This document shows, piece after piece, positions 59,143 through 64,000 of a DNA stretch of 64,000 nucleotides. The stretch's first letter is position 1. Every line of letters begins with the position of its first letter. The stretch is taken from IMG/VR virus record IMGVR_UViG_3300034072_000926, positions 310,001 through 374,000 of that record; one strand, given 5' to 3'. The translations under genes were made by a program, and so were the position numbers. A model generated the notes under the pieces. The model saw only the letters and a list, made by a program, of their open reading frames with translations. It was not told the DNA's origin and did no database searches.

Positions 59143-60311
59143 AGCTTCTCCTCTAGGGCTTCGAGGTTGTTCTTCGTCTTGGACGCATATTCGCGAAGGT
59201 GCGGGCCCATGTAATCCACGATGGGCTTCTTGCAACCGGCCTTGATCCAGTTCTTCGCTCGCTTAATTGCCTCGCTGGGCATGTGATGTGCCGTTGCCAT
59301 AAACTGAGTGAGGTCAGTAGTCTGACATGCCCCGCTCTCCAACAGTTGCGCATCTTTCTTGTTGAGCTTCTTCATGAGTCGTGCCATATTGTAGGTCACG
59401 AAATAGAATGCTGCTCGATGATGTTCGGCGCCTTGAAGTGATACCACGCTGCCAGGAATCTTTGCCGCTGGGTCAACTACGAAGCGATTGACCATCGACG
59501 CGCCTTCATTGCTGTTCACGCTGTAGATCGCATAGCTGGTGAACTGATAAAACCCGAGACTCAACAACTTGTCGCCCAATGCCGGAATGCTCTGGATGTA
59601 AGATTCGCCAGCATTGCGAAGCAAGGTATCGAGCATCACATAATTGAACTTGCCGTTGAAACTCGGCATGATCTCGGTCATACCGTAAGCCGCCAACTGT
59701 CGACCTTTGATTCGACCCGTTACATCGCGCAGGACATAACACTGGAAATCGTCGACATTCAGCTTGTCGCACAAGCTGACAAAATCGATATTCGAGTGAG
59801 CGAATTGTGCCTGGGTATTGATTTCGGTTACGAAAGTCTTGATACCCTTGATGTCAGGATTGCCTTCCTGATAGCGATGGACGATATAGTCGGCGTTCTT
59901 CTGCGTGGCACCGCTCACACCCTTGATTGCCAGTTTCCGATCCCACAGAACTCGAAGATTCTGAACGAAATTGACCTCGGCGTTATCAGGCAGTGGGATG
60001 ATATTTCCCTTGTCATCCTTCGGCTTATGACCGAGCATCGTTGCCGCAAGACCGCCGACCTTGGCGTTATTGAGGTATTTGAAGTCCACGTTCATCGGCA
60101 TCGTTTTGGATAGGTTGGTCGCGAAGACCGGCACATCGTTAGCCGTTGAGATTGTGGTCGTGAGTGTCTTCGTTCCCATCGGTGCCGCTGCAACGGGCTG
60201 AACCGTCGGGGAGAGGAAGTATCCTGCGGGGATCGCCAGTGCAAAGACCGTGGTCATCACAGGGTTCCGCACCGCGTATGCCTTTATCTTATTCTGCAAA
60301 TTCGTAATCAA
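59139..60311 (-). CDS. Signal-anchored hypothetical protein, possibly lysozyme-like fold
   Basis: TTG start after GGGGGAG; N-terminal anchor; TEIMP...SLGFYQFT is reminiscent of lytic transglycosylases (tentative). Confidence 0.65.
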   Translation of the reverse strand: MITNLQNKIKAYAVRNPVMTTVFALAIPAGYFLSPTVQPVAAAPMGTKTLTTTISTANDVPVFATNLSKTMPMNVDFKYLNNAKVGGLAATMLGHKPKDDKGNIIPLPDNAEVNFVQNLRVLWDRKLAIKGVSGATQKNADYIVHRYQEGNPDIKGIKTFVTEINTQAQFAHSNIDFVSLCDKLNVDDFQCYVLRDVTGRIKGRQLAAYGMTEIMPSFNGKFNYVMLDTLLRNAGESYIQSIPALGDKLLSLGFYQFTSYAIYSVNSNEGASMVNRFVVDPAAKIPGSVVSLQGAEHHRAAFYFVTYNMARLMKKLNKKDAQLLESGACQTTDLTQFMATAHHMPSEAIKRAKNWIKAGCKKPIVDYMGPHLREYASKTKNNLEALEEKL

Positions 60312-60371
60312 AAGTGGTCTCCCCCTATTGCGTTCACATCCTGGATGTAAAGGGTTAAGAGTTAATGTCAA
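60312..60371 (-). promoter_or_regulatory. Sigma70-type promoter
   Basis: TTGAC-N17-TACATC. Confidence 0.65.
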
Positions 60372-60413
60372 CCACTTAGTTCACGGTATTGAAATCTTAG
60401 AGTAAAGAATAAG

Positions 60414-61184
60414 TTAATGGGCTTTTAACTTAAGGGCAACTTTTGATTGCACAATAATATTGCGCCAGCCCATCGAAACCTTCCAATCCTTGCTGAGGAT
60501 CTTTTCGATCTCCTCGAAGGTGTAGAGTTCCTTCTCTTTCGCGACAATCATCATTGCCCGCGATTCCTGATTGATAACCTCAGGAATATGGCTGCGCTTG
60601 TTCTTAACGTAACCGCGCCGGTTGAGGAACTTCTCGCGCCATTCCTCGGCTGCATCCCAGTCCTTTTGGAACTTGTGCTTATCGGTTGAGGTTATGACCA
60701 ATCGGACAGCCTTTTTACCCGACTTAACATCCTGATGACCGAATTGCCATCCGTGCTGTTTGGCGAGTTCCGTGAATGCTGCTAAATCGGCTTTATTCTG
60801 TTCCTTGAGGGATTTCTGCTGGTCTTTGAAGACATTAGCGTTCTGCAGAATATCGTCCTGGACCTTTTCGTCCCACCGCAGGAAGTCAGTCGTTTTGATC
60901 TTGCGTCCGTGAATGATCACGTGATTTTGACCGGCGCCGTAAGAGCCGCTTTCGTATTTGTGCCAGACCAAAGGTTCGGAGATTGCGCGAAAGGTAACAA
61001 ACTTCGCGTTGCTACCTTGATTGCGCTTGAATTTTGCGGGGACGACGCGGATCACCATTTCGGTGAACTTGAAGCCGTTCCTCAGGAGGGCCTTTGCAAT
61101 CCCTTGGAAGTTTTCGGTTTGACGTCCAAAATCGTGATGGAGGATCTCACCAACACTCAATACGCGCTCACCAAACTTTTCCAA
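60414..61184 (-). CDS. Basic hypothetical protein
   Basis: TTG start after AGGAGATCG; 256 aa. Confidence 0.75.
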   Translation of the reverse strand: MEKFGERVLSVGEILHHDFGRQTENFQGIAKALLRNGFKFTEMVIRVVPAKFKRNQGSNAKFVTFRAISEPLVWHKYESGSYGAGQNHVIIHGRKIKTTDFLRWDEKVQDDILQNANVFKDQQKSLKEQNKADLAAFTELAKQHGWQFGHQDVKSGKKAVRLVITSTDKHKFQKDWDAAEEWREKFLNRRGYVKNKRSHIPEVINQESRAMMIVAKEKELYTFEEIEKILSKDWKVSMGWRNIIVQSKVALKLKAH

Positions 61185-61238
61185 GGTCGATCTCCTGTTG
61201 CTACCTAGTCACAGTAGCAGAACAGGAGATCATGTCAA
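61185..61238 (-). promoter_or_regulatory. Early promoter/RBS cassette with dyad around -10
   Basis: TTGAC-N17-TACTGT; arms gatctcctgtt+gctac/gtagc+aacaggagatc (16 bp, include RBS). Confidence 0.85.
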
Positions 61239-61244
61239 CCAGTT

Positions 61245-61496
61245 TTAGAAGTGGAATTCGCCGATCTGTTGCTTGAGCTGCTGAATTCCCTGCGGGGTGA
61301 GCTTGTATTCGCGCCCCGTTTCAGCAATGCGAGTCACATAACCTTTTTCAAGGAGACAACCGAGCGCATTCTGATCTAGGGAAGCTCTATTGACAGCCCA
61401 GTGCCAATAGTTTTTCTTGGCCTTCATAGAAGTTCCGCGAAGGCCGATGATCCGCATAGCAAGCTTGACCTGCTCTTGATTCATGGTGTGGTTCAT
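61245..61496 (-). CDS. Small protein, possible winged-helix
   Basis: L..LLEKGYV......Y.LTPQGI; TAATG overlap. Confidence 0.65.
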   Translation of the reverse strand: MNHTMNQEQVKLAMRIIGLRGTSMKAKKNYWHWAVNRASLDQNALGCLLEKGYVTRIAETGREYKLTPQGIQQLKQQIGEFHF

Positions 61497-61917
61497 TAGA
61501 AGCCTTTCAGCTGGAGAGTGAAGTTGCGCTTCTTCTGATTGGCCTTTTCGACCATCGAAGCCGGGAGATCATAATAATGAGCAACCCAGTGACCACGACG
61601 GATAGTTTCCACCTTGCGCTCGATCTTGCCCTTGTCTTTGCCGCGGGTAATGGTGCGCGTAGTCACCTTGGTCTTGCGACGGAACTTCTCCAGCGTGAAC
61701 AGCCGAACCGCTTCCGATCCTTGCTCCGGATCTCGAAATGCTTGCTTTCATCCTGACGATTCTGTTCGTCATGTTCTTCCAGCTTTTGCTTGAGGGCATA
61801 GTAGAGAGGGCCGCACTTGTCCCAGCTGGCATCATATTCGATACGTGTGAGCAATTGACGAATCGCCCCGGCCGTTGCCTTGATTTCGAGGCTTGCCATA
61901 TCGCTGTCATGTGCCAT
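61496..61917 (-). pseudogene. Probable single gene split by a 1-nt frameshift near 61700, or two coupled ORFs 61663-61917 and 61496-61666
   Basis: Codon usage switches frame at ...cgg ttc ggc tg ttc acg ctg gag aag...; second frame ends in a TAATG overlap with the next gene. Confidence 0.45.
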
Positions 61918-61973
61918 CTTCGATCTCCTTATTGCCTATAACCCTGTTTTAACACATAGGTGGACAGCGTCAA
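61918..61973 (-). promoter_or_regulatory. Early promoter/RBS cassette
   Basis: TTGAC-N17-TAAAAC; arms cctat/atagg; AGGAGATCG. Confidence 0.8.
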
Positions 61974-61976
61974 CCA

Positions 61977-62375
61977 TTATTTCCGCATGCGAGCGATCAG
62001 GTCAGCCTTTGCCTGTGCGCTCTGTTGGCGACGCTCCTGCCAGGTCGGCTTGGGCTTTTGCTTTGCAGGAATAGGAACCAGATCCAACAAGCCGTCATCA
62101 TCGCGACTGAACAGCTTGTATTCGCCGACACGACGATCCATCAGCATTTGATGGAGGGCTTCATGACGGAGAGCGATCATCTTCGACTCGTCGCTCATTT
62201 CCTCGACCATCTCTCGAATGTTGACCGGGATCGAAATCGCCGACAACGTGATTGACATTGCGGGCTTGTAATAGTCAGTGAGGGCAAGGATCCGACCGAT
62301 CCGATCGTTTATTTTCGGATCCTTGAGCATTGCTTCCACTTGGGCGTCCATGGCCTTGTTGAATTCCTCGCTCAT
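61977..62375 (-). CDS. Hypothetical protein
   Basis: TAATG overlap start 62375. Confidence 0.7.
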   Translation of the reverse strand: MSEEFNKAMDAQVEAMLKDPKINDRIGRILALTDYYKPAMSITLSAISIPVNIREMVEEMSDESKMIALRHEALHQMLMDRRVGEYKLFSRDDDGLLDLVPIPAKQKPKPTWQERRQQSAQAKADLIARMRK

Positions 62376-62638
62376 TAGCACGACTCCCTCTGTTCGAATT
62401 GGATATAGTCCGCAGCATCGTAGAGGCCGAGGCGATTGAGCACCGCACGGGCATCAGCGAGCTGTTCATCCAGTGGGCGCTGCGTCTGTGCATATGCGGG
62501 AATGGACTTCAGATCTTCGAAGATCGAGAACGCCTTGTTTTCCGTGCCGAAAAGCGCACGAGCGACCATTCGATCCTTCGCTTGTGCGATGGCTTCGTCC
62601 TTGGATCCTGCTTCGTAGCTGCTGGGTGCGGTCTGCAT
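62375..62638 (-). CDS. Hypothetical protein
   Basis: Own cassette. Confidence 0.75.
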   Translation of the reverse strand: MQTAPSSYEAGSKDEAIAQAKDRMVARALFGTENKAFSIFEDLKSIPAYAQTQRPLDEQLADARAVLNRLGLYDAADYIQFEQRESC

Positions 62639-62696
62639 TTTCGATCTCCGTTTATTGCCTACTCACCTGTTTTAACAGATTACTGGGTAGGGTCAA
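62639..62696 (-). promoter_or_regulatory. Early promoter/RBS cassette with dyad
   Basis: TTGAC-N17-TAAAAC; arms cctactca/tgggtagg. Confidence 0.8.
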
Positions 62697-62901
62697 CCAG
62701 AATTTCACATTCTTTTGGCAAAACAAGGAATGTCTCTCCCTGATATTCGCCCTCGGTGATCCTTATGTAGAAATACCGCGTATCGTATTCTTCGCCATCC
62801 CAGAAGTAGCCATCGAATACTGCATTGGCTTCGACTGCACCGGTCCAAGGAGTAGAAAACGTGGCGCGCAGTTTGTCGCCCTTTTTGAGTTCATTCTGCA
62901 T
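62680..62901 (-). CDS. Small SH3/KOW-like beta protein (tentative)
   Basis: Start moved to ATG 62901 after GAGGAGG; LKKGDKLRATF...; stop lies inside the next promoter spacer. Confidence 0.65.
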   Translation of the reverse strand: MQNELKKGDKLRATFSTPWTGAVEANAVFDGYFWDGEEYDTRYFYIRITEGEYQGETFLVLPKECEILVDPTQ

Positions 62902-62911
62902 CACTGCCTCC

Positions 62912-63100
62912 TCAATATTCGACATGGAGTTCGACACTCTGCAGACTTCCCTTGATGTCATAGATGACATCAGTGACAGTGAAATATCCCTCAGGGGTTC
63001 TGATGCGTTCGCCGACACGAGGAACATGACAGCTCTGATACTGCGCGATTTCCGTCCAGCAGCTATACCGTTCCCGGTAGACAGTGATTGTCAGTTCCAT
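62912..63100 (-). CDS. Small beta protein
   Basis: Start moved to ATG 63100 after AGGAGATCG; VPRVGERI...FTVTDVIY. Confidence 0.75.
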   Translation of the reverse strand: MELTITVYRERYSCWTEIAQYQSCHVPRVGERIRTPEGYFTVTDVIYDIKGSLQSVELHVEY

Positions 63101-63155
63101 GTTCGATCTCCTGTTTCTGTTGTCCACAGTTTAGCAGGATAGGTGAACAAGTCAA
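63101..63155 (-). promoter_or_regulatory. Early promoter/RBS cassette with dyad
   Basis: TTGAC-N17-TAAACT; arms ttgtccac/gtgaacaa (7/8). Confidence 0.8.
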
Positions 63156-63160
63156 CCAAT

Positions 63161-63191
63161 AAAAAAGGGAAGTGTTTCCACTTCCCTTTTT
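63161..63191. terminator. Strong, probably bidirectional terminator
   Basis: aaaaagggaagtg-tttc-cacttcccttttt. Confidence 0.85.
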
Positions 63192-63365
63192 GATCTTTCA
63201 TCAGCTTCACGGCATTATCCCGTCTTCAGCACCCTTATCCGAGCCGTGTTAACTTCCTTGAGTATGCAATGATATCATAACAACGGAACACTCAAGGTTT
63301 GCAGCTGATGCTTCCTAGCCCATGATCTGCGGACTACAAAAGGAGCCGGGGGCACCGAATCTGTT
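63161..63365 (-). ncRNA. Candidate ~200-nt structured small RNA
   Basis: Own promoter (63371-63398), three nested stems, terminator, no ORF with an RBS. Confidence 0.55.
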
Positions 63366-63370
63366 TCTAG

Positions 63371-63398
63371 AACTTAACTCCTAACCATAAAGAGTCAA
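63371..63398 (-). promoter_or_regulatory. Sigma70-type promoter not followed by an RBS/ORF
   Basis: TTGAC-N17-TAAGTT. Confidence 0.6.
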
Positions 63399-63402
63399 GC
63401 TA

Positions 63403-63846
63403 TTATTTTGCGGATTTCAACAATTCCTCAAGGGAGATACGCTCCACAAACCGTGCGCTAGGCATGTGGAAGAGAATCTGGGTTTCGCCCTTCTTCGTCT
63501 TCTTGCCGTTGACCTCGTAGATGCTCAGAGCCATCGAATCATTTGCACGATCGGCCAAGACCTTCAAGTCCTCGATGGACTGTCTTGGGAACCATTCAAA
63601 GACCTGGGCCATTGATTCAAAACCGAAATACCATTCCCGGCGATCCCGATGAACCCATTCGTATGTGGCCTTCTTGCCCTTACCCTTGCCTTCCCACCAG
63701 TCCTTGAGCAGCGGATCCAGTTCCGGACCAACGTGAACAGTAGGAGGAACATCTCCGCGCTCGATAGCCGCTTCGCTGATCTTGAACCCAAAGCCCCGGC
63801 TGTAAATGCCTTCGTCCTTGTTGTTCTCGAACCGGAAAATGAGCAT
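63403..63846 (-). CDS. Hypothetical protein
   Basis: Own cassette; FRFEN...G.Y....H.GP..D...W.FGF.S pattern. Confidence 0.75.
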   Translation of the reverse strand: MLIFRFENNKDEGIYSRGFGFKISEAAIERGDVPPTVHVGPELDPLLKDWWEGKGKGKKATYEWVHRDRREWYFGFESMAQVFEWFPRQSIEDLKVLADRANDSMALSIYEVNGKKTKKGETQILFHMPSARFVERISLEELLKSAK

Positions 63847-63900
63847 TTCGATCTCCTCTTGCTTACCTGTTCATTTTAGCAGAATAGGTGAGCAAATCAA
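63847..63900 (-). promoter_or_regulatory. Early promoter/RBS cassette with dyad around -10
   Basis: TTGAT-N17-TAAAAT; arms ttgcttacctgttc/gaataggtgagcaa (14 bp, 2 G-T). Confidence 0.85.
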
Positions 63901-64000
63901 CCGATCTTTTTCAGTTTCAGAGCATTGATCTTGTCGGCCTCGATGCAGCCGACCCTGATCGAGAAGACGTCACTGTTCTCATATACCGCCAAGGTGAGCG

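Noticed and set aside
63190-63365. tmRNA, hammerhead ribozyme or group I intron fragment
   Set aside because: No CCA acceptor end or tag ORF; CTGATGA is not followed by stem II and GAAA; only isolated GACTA/TAGTCC words without the P3-P7 core.
42291-63900. CRISPR array or integron attC cassettes as the explanation of the recurring intergenic element
   Set aside because: Units are separated by whole genes rather than ~30-nt spacers, are not identical repeats, fit sigma70 promoter geometry (17-nt spacer), lack the GTTRRRY/RYYYAAC cores, and no cas or intI gene is visible.
1-64000. tRNA or rRNA genes
   Set aside because: All GTTCGA-like words fall inside coding regions without cloverleaf stems; no rRNA-like sequence was seen.

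Overview
This is a 64-kb segment of a large lytic tailed phage genome, probably jumbo-sized with T4-like late transcription. The host is probably an alphaproteobacterium, inferred from the style of the GluRS sequence and the TTGAC-N17-(GC)TAnnn promoters. It has four blocks. (1) 2.5-15.2 kb: two head-to-head (convergent) arrays of 22 + 19 small, highly divergent paralogues that share only a C-terminal F-x-[DENS]-x3-A-x2-F-K-L-x-W motif. Seven more members lie at 29.3-31.2 kb and 35.6 kb (about 48 in total). A peptidase M15 gene and a small membrane gene, each behind a TAAATA/TAAGTA late-promoter motif, are inserted in the array. (2) 15.2-15.75 kb: an ORF-free, hairpin-rich and CTATAG-rich region. 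(3) 16.2-29.1 kb: divergently transcribed virion genes, comprising a fibre with a gp9/gp10-like N-terminus, two very large proteins and a duplicated pair of Ig-repeat plus BNR-propeller genes whose Ig domains are split across gene boundaries. (4) 31-64 kb: minus-strand accessory genes (TPM protein, GluRS, acyl-CoA thioesterase, MazG-like, LMW-PTP, M23 peptidase, GNAT). From 42.3 kb on, about 30 gene units each have their own TTGAY-N17-TA promoter, and in most the -10 box sits inside a sequence-variable inverted repeat. Three candidate non-coding RNAs are present (51.7-51.9, 53.1-53.2 and 63.2-63.4 kb). No tRNA, rRNA, CRISPR array, integrase, transposase or reverse transcriptase was seen. Family assignments come from motif recognition by eye; no database searches were run.
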